From Chrysomallon squamiferum (Eukaryota > Animalia > Mollusca): a DNA stretch of 64,000 nt. Positions within the stretch are counted from its first letter, which is position 1; each line of letters begins with the position of its first letter. The DNA is taken from positions 31,806,001 through 31,870,000 of the forward strand of contig CM022671.1 of the NCBI GenBank assembly GCA_012295275.1, read 5' to 3'. The position numbers and the translations under genes were made by a program. The notes under the pieces were generated by a model that saw nothing but the letters and a program-made list of their open reading frames with translations, did no database searches and was not told the origin of the DNA. Below, piece by piece: positions 13,401 to 28,700 of the stretch.

Positions 13401-16400
13401 AATGGCATCTCATTCATTGCCCATTCACAGGTTACAATTCCAGTACTGTCTGTTGCATTCCAGTCTACACCAGCAGAAGATATATTTACATGATGGTAAT
13501 GGCACTGATCAAGAGACTGGTTATCTGCGTAGGAGAAAGAAATAGCTGGAGGAAAACTGTCAACTGTTATACCATCTGAAGAAGACACTACATAATTTCT
13601 GGGACAGTTGTTTCCAGTTCTTGCTCTAACAGATACATAATATTTAATCCCATCAAAATTTGTGTTGTGTATCTGAGCAAAGCCAGATGTGGAACTTGTG
13701 ACTGCTAGTCCATACACTGTGTATGAGAGGACATCAGTGAAGAAAGGCTGAGTGCCTATGGCCCATTCAAACCCAGATATTCCACAAGCTACACTCTCAA
13801 AACCAGAGAAAGACATAGCCAGTGATGACATGTCACGTTGATAATTTTCATCATGATACCCGTTTCTTCCATCAAATACTAGACCAGCCATATCACCTTT
13901 TATCACTCTGATTTTCTTGGACTCTACCTTTGAGATTAACTCTGCCCCATTGACAACTTCAACAAAAACAGAATAAAACTGGTTTCTGTTAGTAATGTCC
14001 AACTTAGAACTGTGAAACTTTGTGGATGTTTCTTTGCCAACAGATATGAAATCTGTGTTTTTCAAACAGTCATTGTTTTTCAACGCAAGACAAACTGATG
14101 ATCTGAGAATATTGCTCTCTCCATCCTTTGCTGTCCATGAAACGTGCAAAGCATCACCTTGTATATGAACAACTGTTTTTCTGTCATCATCCAGTTCTTC
14201 TTCTTCTCCTGGCATTGCTATTAGAACCTGAAAGAAAGGTATTTTCATAATCTCAATTATTTTTAATGTTTCCAACTGAAATAATAAAAATTAATACACT
14301 TTATATGCACGTGTTCGAACTGTTATTGCATGAATTAATTATATGAAATACTTTTGTGGATAATAATTTTATATTAAATTCTTGTTCACAATAATATTTC
14401 TTACATTTTTCAGCAGAGGTGGAGTAGTATCAACAATAACTCCCTGGGATTCAACTGCAGTTGACATCAAAGCATTATTAATTGCTGTCACATGGATGAA
14501 ATATCTAGCTCCATTTTGTAGAGACAGATGTGGAATCTGCAAATCTATTTTCATTGATGAATGTTTTCTTAAGTCTATTGAAGTGTACTCTTTATCCTTT
14601 GGTTTGAACTTGCTCTTTGATCCTCTTCGTTCTTCAAATATTTTATACCTGTATTCCTTGAGATTTGATTCAGAATCATCAAATTCCCATTTGAAATTAA
14701 GAACTGAGTTTTCAGACTGATATAACACCCTGGTGACTCCATCAAAATGAACAACTCTTGGTGCTGTTTCGTCAAGGATATAGCCATCAGTCTGTCTCAC
14801 AGTTTTCAGTCCAGCACCATTTGTTGCTTCCAGTTCAATTTTAACCCTGTCTCCATGTTTGGAGGCAATAGAATAATCAGTGAATGAAGTGTCTTGTCCA
14901 ACATTAAATGTTCCTCTGAGTTGCTCATTGACATAAACTCTAATCAAATAGTCTGCTATTTTGCTTTCAGGATCAAAGAATTTGTCCCAAACAGATTTCA
15001 CTGTAGCAGTCTCAGAGCTGTAGTCTAAATCCTCCATCTTGTTGTCACCATCGTGTATCCATCCAGCTACTGGTGATGTTTTATCAACCAATACTGTAAT
15101 TATTTTAAATGATTTTTCATATAAATATAATTTAGTTCAAATACTTTTTAAACATATTTTAATACTTTTTTAAAGTAAATATAAGGACATTTAAAAAAAA
15201 AAAATTATAAGCATAATTTAGTTTTAAAAATTGTTTATTTAAATATAGTACTTTTTAAATACTCTTTATATAAACATAATTTATTTTAAATACTTTTATG
15301 TCATTATAATTTATTTGAAATACTTCTTAAATCAATATCATTTATTTTAAATACATTTTTTATCAATATATTTTTAATAATTTTTTGAATAAATATAATA
15401 AATTTTAAATTCTTTTTTATTTAAATATAAATTATTTCAAATATATTTTATATAAAAATAATTTATTTATAAATAATTTTTATATAAATATATTTTAAAT
15501 ATTTGTTTTTACAATTTATTTTAAAAAATATTCATATAAATATATTTTAAAAACATTTTAAGATAAATATTTTTTATATAAATAAGAATTATTTGAAATA
15601 CCTCTTTATATAAATATAATTTCAATTCAATTTTGTATAAATGTAATGTATTTTAAATACATCTTAGATATAAACATGAGTAAATTTTAAATAAATATAA
15701 TTTATTCTAAATACTTTTTCTATATAAATATAAATTATTTCAAAAACTTTCTATATCAATATAATTCCTTTTACATAATATAATTTATATCAAACACTTT
15801 AATATAAATATATTATTACTTTATTTTCGATATAAAATATTTTAATACAAATATATATTATTTTAAATATTTTTGTATAAATATAAATTAGCTGAAATAC
15901 ATTTTAGTAAAACACAATTATTTTAAATGCTTTTTCATACAAAAATAATTTATTTGAACTCTTTTCAATATAAATTTAATTTAAATGCTTTTTATATAAA
16001 TACACATTATTTTAAATACTTCTATATAAATATAAATTTTTTGAAATACTTTCTTTATATAAACATAATGTATTTTAAATGCTTTTTTTATACAAAAATA
16101 GTTTATTTTAAATATTTTCTATATAATTTATACAATTTATTTTCAAATTTCAGTATAAATTATTTGAAAAACCTTTTCATATCACTTCAGTTCTATTTTA
16201 TTTATTTTATTTTAAATATTTCTTATATAGATATAATTTAATTTTTGTAATATAAATAAAATTTTAAATATCTTTTTAATATAAATATGAATATATTTTA
16301 AATGAATATAATTTATTCTATATTCTTTTTTGATATACAGATATATTATTTTAAATAATATTTTACATAAATATATTTTACTTTAAATATTGTTTATATA

Positions 16401-19400
16401 AATATAAATTATTTTAATTTCTTTTTTAAAAAATTTACATATTTTAAATACTTTTTATATAAATATATTTTAAATATTTTTAATTATATAAATGTCAATT
16501 TTAAATCCATTTTTTGTAAACATTTTTTAAATATATAATGTTCATGTTACATGTATTTTGTTCCCCTAAGTGATATCTCACCATTTGGTTCCATCCAAAG
16601 GTTGAACAAAAACCCCACCCTGCACTTCTCAGAGACTCATGGTTTGCTAACCTCACAGACAGTGTATGTGGTCAGTGATTAATGTACTAATCAACATTAA
16701 TTTAGATTTCCTTTATCATCTTCTATTTATTTCAATTTTTTCAATTTTTAATTTTTTAATTCTTTTTTAAATAAATAATTATGTTTTTGCATTATATTTT
16801 TCATATAAAAACATAATTATTTATTTACCTCCATCTGACACAGCTGTGACATTTTTCTGGTTCAGAGCTCTGTTGTAGACTATCACTGTAGAAAAGTATG
16901 AAGTGTTGTGCTGCAGCATAGCTGATGAACATGACATTTTCACATCACCAGGGAACACTGTGTATGGGACAATGTCATCAATGTTAGGTTTTGTACCTAC
17001 ACCCCACTGAAAGCTGTAAAAGATTTTTTTTAAATATACATTTGACAAATTTGTTACAAATTTGCATGACGTTTCTATCACAGATAATATCATAAAACAC
17101 AAAAATATATCTTTTTAGAGATTTATTAAGAATTAAGATAATTAAAAAAAAAGAACATGAAAATTTTATAGAGAGGTTTTTCTGAATTAATATTTATTAC
17201 AGCCAAAAACAAGTAAGCAATGATATCAAATTGATATCAATTTTACAAGCTATGATTGGCTAATGAGTAAAATAATAAAGGTTACAGTTTCTCTTTTTTC
17301 ACAATAAGTAAAGCAGATCTTGAGGTTCTAAAGTAAATGGAAAAAGGCCTTTGCAGAATAACAGATGTAATTACAAAAGTTGAAAATAGATGTCTGCATT
17401 ACATCAAAACTTGGTAATTCATTGTTACAGTAAAATAGATGTCTAGAACTGAATAAAACAATCAAGTGAAAATATATAGTATGTATATGTACACTTTGTC
17501 TTTAGCAGTCCTTCTTAAACTACAGTCAGCTTGCCTAATCCACATATCCATGGACATCTACAGGCTCATGATTCCAAAACACCCACAGATTCATGGATCC
17601 AGGACATCCAAGGATACATGGATCCAGGACATCCTCAGATACATGCATGCAAGACGTCCACAGAAACATGCATCCAAGACATCCACAGAAACATGGATTC
17701 AAGAATCAAACCAGGGATGCTAAACCTGTGGTTAATGATGTGCTGACTTTATTTCAGTGTTGTTTACAGTTACTTTAAATACCTTGCAATGCCAGATTCA
17801 GGATCAAAGAAGTCAATCCACTGTGCACAGATCCTCTGACTGTCTGCCTGATACTTGAAATCTACCTTGAGTTCATCACCATCATAAACATGTCCTACTA
17901 CTGGCGGTGTTCTGTCAATCAGTATCGGCTCATTTCCATGGGAAGCCATAACGAGATCAACTAAAATTATAAAATTATCTCTCAATTTTAAGACTACAAG
18001 TGATACAGCATGAGCTTAGTTTCATTAACTGTTAATGCACATCTAGTTATGTTTCTTACTATTTTTATGAATTTCATTGAACTCTTTTAATAGTGCTTAA
18101 TGAAGAAAATGTAAAATCTAAAACAGTTTTAAAGATAATAATTATCTTCTTTTCAGAAATCTACAGTGAAAAAAAGCAACAAAGTTTCATATGCATGGTG
18201 GGAATTATTGATTGTGAGAGAAAATATTATAAAATGTCATTTTAAGAACTAGTATCTACTTTTAGTATACAGACTGAAAACCAGATCTCATATGTAAAAT
18301 GAATAACAATTTGCATAAAATGAGATATGTTAAGAATAAAATAAATTAGTATTTGAAAATTAAAATTAGAAATTTGTTATAAAATCTGCTTTATAATGAA
18401 AATATATTTGTAACTGATTTCAAACTGAATCATGCTTTTAACCAATTTCAAACTGAATCACAATATTAATTGATTTCAAACTGCATTATATTTTTTACTG
18501 ATTTCAAATTGAACCATGATTTGGACTGATTCAAACTGAATAATACGTTTAGCCGATTTCAAACTGAACAATACTTTTAACTGATTTCAAACTGAACAAT
18601 ACTTTTAACTGATTTCAAACTGAATCATATTTTTAACTGAGTTCAAACTGGATCATATTTTTACTAAATGTGGTTTTTACCTCTGTTTACAGCTTGAAGT
18701 CTCACCCAAGCCTGAACTCCTGGTTTCAGCCTCAGATCTTCAATAACAAGGTAGGGGTTTTCTCGCTGCATAAAAGCATGACGAGTGTAAGGCCTGATCA
18801 TGACATCATACTTAGTTTTACCCAGACCAAAATCCACTCTGGCTATTCCTGAACCTGGGTCAGAAACATTATAGTAGACTCCCATCAGGTCAAAATCCTC
18901 ATCAAACAGCAGGTCACTGACTTCGTGAAAGACAGGGGGTGAAGTATCTATGGTGATAGGGGTGGAGTGACATACAGTTGTAACCAAAGCACCTCCATGG
19001 ATAACTCTGTTAATGGCTTGAGTGGTGACATAATATTTTCCATCTGGCAGAATCAGGTCTTTAGCAAAGCCGGTGTATGTCCACAGTTTGGGACTAGCCA
19101 TGTTAGAAAATGGATCCACAAATGTAGAAATATCACATGAACAAACGTTGGTACCTGCAGCCCATGTGTATCCCCATATACCACTTTCATCGTCATGGAA
19201 ACCATCCCAGTTAGCTGAAAGTTCAAAAAAATTACTTTGATTTAATTATAAATGGATATGCAAGAATAATAGGTTTAAAAATCTGAATGTAATTATTAAT
19301 AGTGAAATGTTTAGAATTTTTTTTATAACTGTTGAAATATAAGCTTGTTCAAATAAAAGCAAAAGCTGTTAAGCAATCATACTGAAATTTAAAAAACAAA

Positions 19401-21975
19401 AAAATTATAATCAGATTTTTATTTAGAGAATAAAAATTTTAAGAGTCAGTACATAAATATAGAGAGATAAACAGATACACGGTCAGATAGATAGAAAGAA
19501 TGAAAGACAGACAGACAGACAAACAGTTAGACAGATACAAATTCTGGATAAAGATTACTAGTATTATAATATATATTTATATTATATAAATAATTTAAAG
19601 AATAAATAAATAACTAAGTAAACATGGCTGACAATATCAAAATACCTGATATGTAATTATTAGACATGGAATATAATGTTTCCTGCAATGGTTTGTGACC
19701 ATTAAAAACTGTTTTGCTACCAGGCCCATCAGTTATTTTTCTGAAACATAATAAGTATTTTTTTAAATTCAAAAGCTTCTAAAAATAAATTCTTAAACAG
19801 TAAGTTATTGTTCAATTCTAAATCGCATATTTCTGTTTTATTGATGCTGAATAAAATATGTACTGAAAAAATCAAATTGGTGTTGTTGTTTTCACTTGTT
19901 TTGTTGTTGGTGGGGGTTTTTCTTCATTTTTTTTGTTTGTTTAATTTTTTTCATTTTTTTTTGTTTCTAATAAACCTCAGGTTTCAACATTATTTATTTA
20001 TATGTGAAAATTCCAAATTAATATAATAAAACATATATATAGTTTTAGTAAAAAAATTGAATAATAAAAATACAAGTGAAAATGATAATAATGAAGATTT
20101 ATCTTAAATTATTACAAAAAAAAGTCTTTTGAATGTAATGATTAAAAAAGCTTGTTAAAAATAAATGAAGGTTTAATTATTTCAAGGCTTTTATTATTCT
20201 TTGCACATTTTGAAAATAAAATATGTTTTACACATATTTAATATTTTAGTAGTAGCAGTAGTAGGAGCTTTAACTGATGTTGGTTGTAATAGTTGTAGAT
20301 ATGGTTGTAGCTGTAGGTGTTGGCTTAGGTATATGCATAGCAGTAGTGTTGCAATGGTCATAGCTGCAGTTCTTATAACTTTCTTCTTCTTCTTTTTCTT
20401 CTTCTTCTTCTTCTTCTTCGTATTATTATTATTATTATTATTATTTTTATTTTTATCATTATTGGTGCTGCTACTGTTTAGCAACAACTATTAACAAAAC
20501 AACTAATAACAGTGTAAATGTCCTTGCTAAACTAAAAAGCTTTACTAAAACTGAAAATATTAAACCCTCTACCTGTGATTTGGTTTCCAGGTAACTTCAG
20601 TGCATTTTCGAGTAACAGCAGCTCGACATCCATCATTTACTATCTCATCTTGAATCTTGTTTTCAACAAGTCCAGGTTCTGGTGGAGTAAAATCCACCAG
20701 AGTTCCTGTTGACAGAAGGTATCCATGGTAACCAAGTGCATTGTATATATGAGCATTGATGTAATATCTTGCTCCATGTTCCAGAGTTATGTTGTATTGT
20801 TTGTATGAGCTGTAGCCAATTCCAAGTCGTTCGTAATTCTGATATGATCCTCTAGCTCGAAGTTGTGAATTTGGTCCTTCTATAACTTCATGTAAATCAC
20901 AGGTCTCGGTATGTGTCTCGTAGTCAAAAGAAATACATTTCTTACCATAGTCTATGCATTTTCGAGCACACTGAACATCATTCCTTGTTTCTGTTGAATA
21001 GAACGGCTGAGCAGTCATCTTCCCAGACCTTGGAGGACTGAAATATTTTAGTTCATTGTTTACATCTGATCTGCTCCTAGTAACATTCAGATACAGTGGT
21101 TCATCATCCTTGATCTCTCGGCCATACTGACCTGGACTGTAGCCAACAGAGATATTGTGTATCTGCAGCAATGGGGAATCTTCAAACACTACAATTGTAG
21201 CACCTATCATGTTAGGATGACTTGTATACTCAAAGGATGCTTGCACTCTGCCATCTGGCAATGTATTGTCATACGTTTCAAGCTTACACTGAGCAAAGTT
21301 GCTTAATCCTTGACTGTTTGTAACCTTCACAGTCCAGTACAGAGGAATTCCATTTGGAAGATGCACAGGTGTCATTTGCACTTCCCCTCTTATCTTTGTC
21401 CATCCCATGACATTCTGACCACCTGGGTGATCTCCTATAGAATAATGGATGGTGAGATCACTACTCTCATCCTGAACAGGCACCTCTAAGCTGAAAGCAG
21501 GGTCTGTATGAGGTCTACCTTGCAGCTGTTTCACAAAGCAGCCTGAAGCAGAAGTGGCGTATCTTTTGTGTCTTTTACATGAAGAAGAACAGGTAGGAAA
21601 TTGTGGCTTAGAATCATCATTTCTGTAGCTGATCTTTTCAAAGATTCTGTGTCGGACACTTGGTGCAGTCCAGTGCCATATTGTTGTCTCAATATTGATA
21701 AAAAAAAGTATGCTCACATATGCTGTCAGCTTCAATTCAAGAGGGATCACTTCAATATCTAAAGCTTTTCTGAAAGAAATACAGACATATACTAATGACT
21801 TTATTTATTTCTATATCAGCTAATTATTATCATTCTTTATTTACTTTTCAATGATAAACTTCTTTACTTTTATTTACATGATAAGAATATATATAACATC
21901 TATTTTAGAAATGCATGGCAATGTATGAATGAGTAAAACATCACACACACACAGATCAAATCAACAACCATCAAA

Positions 21976-22010
<35 letters not shown>

Positions 22011-22561
22011 TAGATAGATAGATACACCTCAGAATTTCCACCAAATGATTGTTCAGCTCCTCCTTTAGTCCAGACAAAATAACATGAGTGAACTTGAAAT
22101 TCCTGCAGCCACCAAACTAGTTTACTGGGCAGCCACAGATGTATGTAGGACGTGCTTATTTACATTCTTTACACTGCACTTGTTGGTGGTGATGCTATAT
22201 ATTTTGCTTGAATTTAATGCTAGCTATGGCTTCTAAGACAAATGAGAGTGTCAGTCATGGTGTCAAATGTAAACACCAGTCCATATCAATCCAAGATAAA
22301 GTAGAACTGTTGACATCTACAGTACTGGTTCATCAACTGTTTATGATATAAAGAAGCAAGCTCTTGTATTTCATTTATTTATTTAATTTACATTTAATAT
22401 TTGTTTAATTTAAATTTCCTGCAGTCTGTGGTGTACTTTAGATGCATGTGTTGATGAATTATTATTATGTGACCACATTTGGTCCAGCAAAATGGTTAAT
22501 CCAGCAAGGCTTTGGAACCAAGAGTGCTGGCAAATTGGTGGTGTACAGCACACATATATTG

Positions 22562-22596
<35 letters not shown>

Positions 22597-22610
22597 TAAC
22601 TATATATGTA

Positions 22611-22651
<41 letters not shown>

Positions 22652-22674
22652 AGAGAGAGAAAAGAGAGAGAGAG

Positions 22675-22718
<44 letters not shown>

Positions 22719-25700
22719 CTAAAGAAGCCTGTTAAAACAGAAGCAGTCTTAGTTTTCATGCTCTAATTCTGAATGGAACTTATTAACTGTTGCGTTAACT
22801 GAGAATTATATAGAAAAGTCTCTTTGATTTTTCCCTATGTAGTGAAGAAAAGCTCTAATCATTATTATTTGGTAGTACTGAAAGTGTGTCAAGCTGTCAC
22901 ACAACAAATCTCTTATAATTTTTCTCCATTCTTGAACATCCTTTTATTTTACACTATATCAATACAAATTAATTGTGAATAATTATTAAAAGTGATTTAC
23001 GAAATCATACATACATTTCTTTAACAGGTAGTTTGCCATAATTCACTTCCAGTGACAGAGGAAAACGTGTTTTCATGATGTAACCAATAAGCCTGATGCC
23101 ACCCTCACCAATATAAAAAAATACTGATAAGGTAGCTTGAATTCTACCTGCCACCCATGGTGTAAACACAATCTGCAACAAATGAATAAACGAATGTATA
23201 AAATGTGTGTGCTTCTGTAAGTATGTGTGTGTATGTGAGTGTGCATGTGTAAGTGTAAGCTATGTATAGATGGAGGTTGTCTTGGTGAATATGTGTGTAT
23301 GTCTGGATGTGTCTCTGTGTGAGGGTGTGAGTATGGATTTGAGGGTGTGGGTATGAGTGTATGCATGTCTGTGTGAGGGGTGTGAGGGTGTGTGTGTGTG
23401 TGTGTGTGTGTATGTGCACATATCTGTGAATGTGTCTGTAAGTATTTGTATCTCTCTCATTATATATATACATATATCTTTAAGTTATTAAAAGAATATA
23501 TGATAAAGAGTTTAATATTTTATGAAGAAAACAAATATCTTACTCTAACTAAAGATTTAACACTTTCAGTCTTTGCAGTAAATGTTGTGCCTATAGCTCC
23601 TCCACCTGAAAACTCTGTTTAAAAAAATAAATCGGCATAAAAGTGGAGACCTTAATACATCATAATGCAATAATCCAAATTAAACAAAGTTCAGTGATTA
23701 GAACAAATATTTTGTGTGTAATTTACAAAATCTTACAAAATGTAATTTACTACATTGTTTACTAATAAATTATAAGTTCCTTTAATTCACAAATTGCTGT
23801 TCCATCAATTAATTCTCTAAAGTTATCATGCTGTCAATATTATTTATGTTCTTTCATAATCTTTCACGCAATAGATATATATATACACATACACACACAC
23901 ACATACATGTACATATACATATATGTACACATATATTTTAAACATCTAATAAACTGGATCAACTAAATTATATGAATATTTAGATTCCTTAAATAAAGTT
24001 AAATTAATCCTCCTTAGTAATATGAACATGTAAACTTGATTTATTGTGTTTTGAAAGAAAAAACATTTTAGATCTACACAGATCATGGATTATTCTGATA
24101 TAAAAACCAGTTTTGTAGGAGTTATGGCTCTTGAAGTTGCCAGATCTGCTGGAAGACATTTTGATAAGAGAGCATTAACATTTTCTTTACCAGCCAGGAG
24201 CATATTGTAACCACACTTTCCAAAGGTTGTAACTGCAGTTTTGTGATCCCCAAAATATAAATTTGCAGTACATTTGGTATATTTCTGGCTCCAAAAATAA
24301 AGGAAAATGGATTATTGAACACAAACAACAACTTCATTATTGACTTTATTTTGTTAAAAAAAGTAACATATTTAAGTTAGGGCAATTTATGAAATACATT
24401 TGACATCTGTGTCATAATTTAGGATCTTTAGAATGCATCTGAGTCAAAAACAGAAACCTACCCATTAAACTACCCTTGTTTATATATATGGCTGATTAAA
24501 GCATTGCTAACTGTGATTTAAGACTTGTTTTGTAATGAACTATCACAAATGTTACTTCATGCTGTCAAATAAGTAAGTAATGATAACTTACGTATTTTGA
24601 AAATGAATGGCCCCACTGGAAAACCTGCTAATGGAAATTTAAAGAATGGAATGTACATTTCTGATCTCTGTCCAGGTTTTGGATAAGCTCCTTCATCCTT
24701 CTTAAAATCAGGATTCTTAAGCTCCTCACTAAATTCAGCATATGGCTGTCTAGTCTGACTGTCCAGCTACAATTACAGTTTAAAAAAAAAAAAATATTAT
24801 TTATCTACATAAATATTCTGTTTAAACCTTTATACTTAGATAGTACATAGCATGTAAGCATGTGTGTGTGTCTGTTTGTATGTTTCTATATTTGTATGTA
24901 CATATGTATGTATATATATTTGTATATTTTTGTTTAAATAATTATTTTTTTAAATCAACCTTATTATTGAAGAAACTCAAAAAATATAACCTTAGATTAG
25001 AATACTGTAACAATTCAGCTTCATACATATAAATAAATCATGAAATTTATCACTACACCCACCTGATTCCTGATTGCATTTCGCATGTCATTAACCTGCT
25101 CAACTAAATCTCCACTATCCAGGTTGAGATTGGACACAAGATTTGACATGCCAGCCATGGATAAAGAGTCCAGATAATCTGTCTGCCTTTTCTCTCTTCC
25201 ATGTCCATTTAGTTTCCATGCAGTGTCAAAGGATTCATCTGTCATATGTAGCATTGTGTAGTTATCAATCTCAGGCCTGTCCAGTAATGTAGATCTTTTG
25301 GTTCTAAGATGTGCTGTGAAGAAAACTATAATTTATATTGTGGATATAATTACATGAAAAAATGTAAATATACCCTCCTAGATATGACATATTCACTAAC
25401 ATATTTACTAGACATTTGTTTGTGTATGCAAAGAAACTCACTTATACAGAGAAATTCATTGTTCAGTTTTTAAACCAGCAGTGAAAAGGGTTTTAAAATT
25501 GCGTTGTTATTGCAGTGTTGAGCCATCAGGCATGAAGCAGGTCAGTTCTGGGATTAATTACTCCAAAGCTAAAAGATAATTGGAAGGTGACAATACTAAT
25601 GAGTAATATTAATAATAAACAGACTAAGAATACAGAAAGTAAAATTAAAAAAAAAGAAAAGAAATTATTCTATTTTATTTGCAAGTATCATGTTCTTGTC

Positions 25701-28700
25701 TCAGCAAATGATGTTTTTAAAGATGGGCTTTTTGGGTGGACATGGTAGATATTATCACATTTTTTTTATTATATCCAAAATTGAAATTTTATACATTACC
25801 TCAAGCTTATATTTAAATAAATATGTAGAGAAAATACTTCTGTTATTAAAAAGCAAATGTAATTTCTTCCAGTAGCCTCTTATAAATAACCCATGTAATA
25901 AAGTCAAAAAGAATCTACAGCTTTAGGAACTATTGAGAAACATTTTTACCTTAACCGTGACACATAAGTGTAATAAGAAATATACACACCTGTATAATCA
26001 ACTTTCAAATGGTTGATGACTGGTATTCCAGGAAGACATAATCTACTATTACAGAGAAGAAGTTTTATAGATATCTCCACAGTTGGAACCTTGAATCTAA
26101 TGGTAGACTCTAACTTCAGAGAAAATCCAAACACTTTGATTCCAGATGAAAATAAGTCTTTGCTTCCTGTGAAAAAAAAACAAAAAACATTTCATTAATG
26201 TAATAGTACTGAATACAATATAAAAAAAAAAAAATAACACAAAACAATTAGCTAAAATATAATGTATTTTGTAACAACAAAGTTATAACATGGGTACAAA
26301 ATAACCTTTCTGGACACAGATGATATGGAACATCTTTTAGACCTGATAAAATTAGAACTGGCAGTTGAAATTAATTAATTTACATTAAACATTTTTAAAA
26401 ATTAATAATTACATTTTCTTGATACAGCCTGTGCTAATATTGATGTTAATATACTTCATTTAATATTTTAATTTTTATTTAATATTTTTTAAACTAACAA
26501 TCTGATTTTATTGGGTCAGCCTGCATTAATACACTTGTACCATTTATGCTCATACATTTCATTAGTCATTTGATTTACATTTAATTCTAGCAGGGCATGA
26601 TGCTTTTTTGACATGGGAAGTATATATTTCATTGCTCAAAGGTATTTTGTTGAATTAAATTGTGACTTATTTTGATCCAGAAAAAAATGATAATCTGGAA
26701 ATAATCAGTTTCATGGAAACTGGAAGTTTATTGGTTTAATGGATATAATGGAACCAAAACAAACTGAATGTGAAAATTAGTTATTGGCAAAATAATGACC
26801 CTGCTTGTAAGGCTAATATTTATGATTTTAATATTTATGACTTTCTCTATAACTTTTATATTATATGTAAGGCTAATAGTTATGACTTTTTCTTTAAGTC
26901 TTATGTTATATGTTATGTTACAGTTGTATTTTATAAGTTCAAGGTATATATGACGACATTTAGGTAATGTTTTGTATTTACACTAATGACTTTCTCTATT
27001 CATTTTATGTTATATTTACGATACATACGACTCAAAGTCAAGTTTTTAGAGTATCTGTCAGCAAACACTGACACAGTCAGTGCTGTGGGGTAAATCCGAT
27101 ATCCAGCTTTCAGACTAATAGATCTTCCAAAAACAGTAACTTTTGTCTCACAGACTACACCCAGACAGTCATCATCAGCACTACACATTTGACCTGACCC
27201 TTTAGATATGCCATTTCTAAAATATGGACAAGCTGAAAACAAGAGAAGAAGATATGATGAAATTTGGTTCTTTGACACCTCAGCACTTACCAGATATTAC
27301 AGACTTCTGTTTTGGCAAGTTTTGAAAATTAGGTTTTTAACCCTATAAGTGTCCCATACTGTCTGTGTTTTACTCACAACACTTTACTTAAATTTTATGG
27401 TAGGAATTAGTTAGTGAAATTATACATTTATATTTGGCAGAACTTTTTATCTCATGGAATCATTTAGAGGCAAAAACCTATTAGTTCAATAGGTTTTTAG
27501 CAAGTCTTGCTTAGTATTTAAATGTTTCCAAGACTCAAATATTTTATCAGTAAATGGTTATTTTTTATTTACTTTTGTTGAGCTAGTAATCTATTTAGAA
27601 ATTCCAAATGGTTGTTTCAGACTCCTCCTTATAAATTTAGATGTTAAAGATACAAGATTTGATATCACCATAAGATGTTCTATAGTTCATTAATGGACTC
27701 TTTGTCTGTAAATATTTTACTCTACAACCATTTTCAGTGTGTATGTATATACATAAACATATTATAAATATTAGAAAAAAGAAAAAAAACTATTTTTAGA
27801 GGGTTCATTATAGTCTAAATAAATATATTAACTATATGGACACTTATAAAACTTGTATGGGATTACTAAAAAAATCATTTTTTGAAAAAACATAAAAATA
27901 AATATATATTCTCTTTAAAATTTGATTTAAATCAAATATTATTAAGTTTTACACATTTTATTTTTATTTTTTAAATAAAGAAAATGATATATCATGGTTC
28001 TCATTGTGATGTTTGTGTTAGATTTTTTTCCAACTTTGAAAGGTTGATGCAGGTAAAATGGCCAAAAATATTTACAAGTACAGGAAGCATTTTCTGTTGA
28101 CCAAGTTTTATAATACTTACTAATAGAAGCTGAATTTTTTAACATAGAAAGAAAACCAAATTTTCCTCCAATAAAAGGCAATTTGAATTTTTTCATAAAT
28201 TTGCCCAAAAGTCCAGATGAGAAACCATTCACCAAACCAGCAAGTGGCTTTTTCAGAAGATTTTTCAATTTCGTCTTCATTAATTTCAGTCCATTGAATC
28301 TGCCTTTGAGAAAGTCTACACTGCCTATCATGTTCATGACATTCTTAAGAGAAAAACTGCCCATGTTAATTTTGTCAAAAAAGTTCTTCATGTGTCCACT
28401 GAAATTTTAATAATAACAAATAAAAATAAAAATAATATTAATAGTCATTTTCTAGAATGTGGAATATTCTGTGAATCAAAAAGCTAATCCATGTATATTT
28501 TCTAGAAAATACAAATCTTTTCATATATTGATATAAAATTATGAAACTGCTATGAAACATGTCAGTATTATTTTTGGAATCACTGATTAATTATTAGGGG
28601 TTTAAAATCAAGTTGGACTGCAGGTTTGTGTGCAACTTCTTCAAAACAGAACAAAGCAGGTTTCAGATTAAAGTGTACTTGTGGAGATATGAAGAATTGG

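Noticed and set aside
9167-14275. Long 1070-aa and 501-aa ORFs as standalone bacterial or viral genes, or contamination
   Set aside because: Both are bounded by canonical phase-matched splice sites and belong to the 47-exon gene.
5278-14720. Antisense ORFs overlapping gene A exons (and minus ORFs over gene B at 58357, 60045, 60134, 60535, 61312)
   Set aside because: Shadow ORFs of real coding exons, with no independent features.
18410-18665. Regular 28-bp repeats (also 27-bp at 54460-55010 and 25-bp at 17540-17705) as CRISPR arrays
   Set aside because: Units are head-to-tail with no unique spacers, lie in spliceosomal introns, and there are no cas genes.
24122-24337. 71-aa minus ORF as an extra gene A exon
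   Set aside because: Exons 30 and 31 join in phase, and the ORF has no convincing splice sites or motif.
25441-25547. Exon-like segment on the minus strand with plausible AG and GT sites
   Set aside because: All three frames contain stops, and exons 28 and 29 already join in phase without it.
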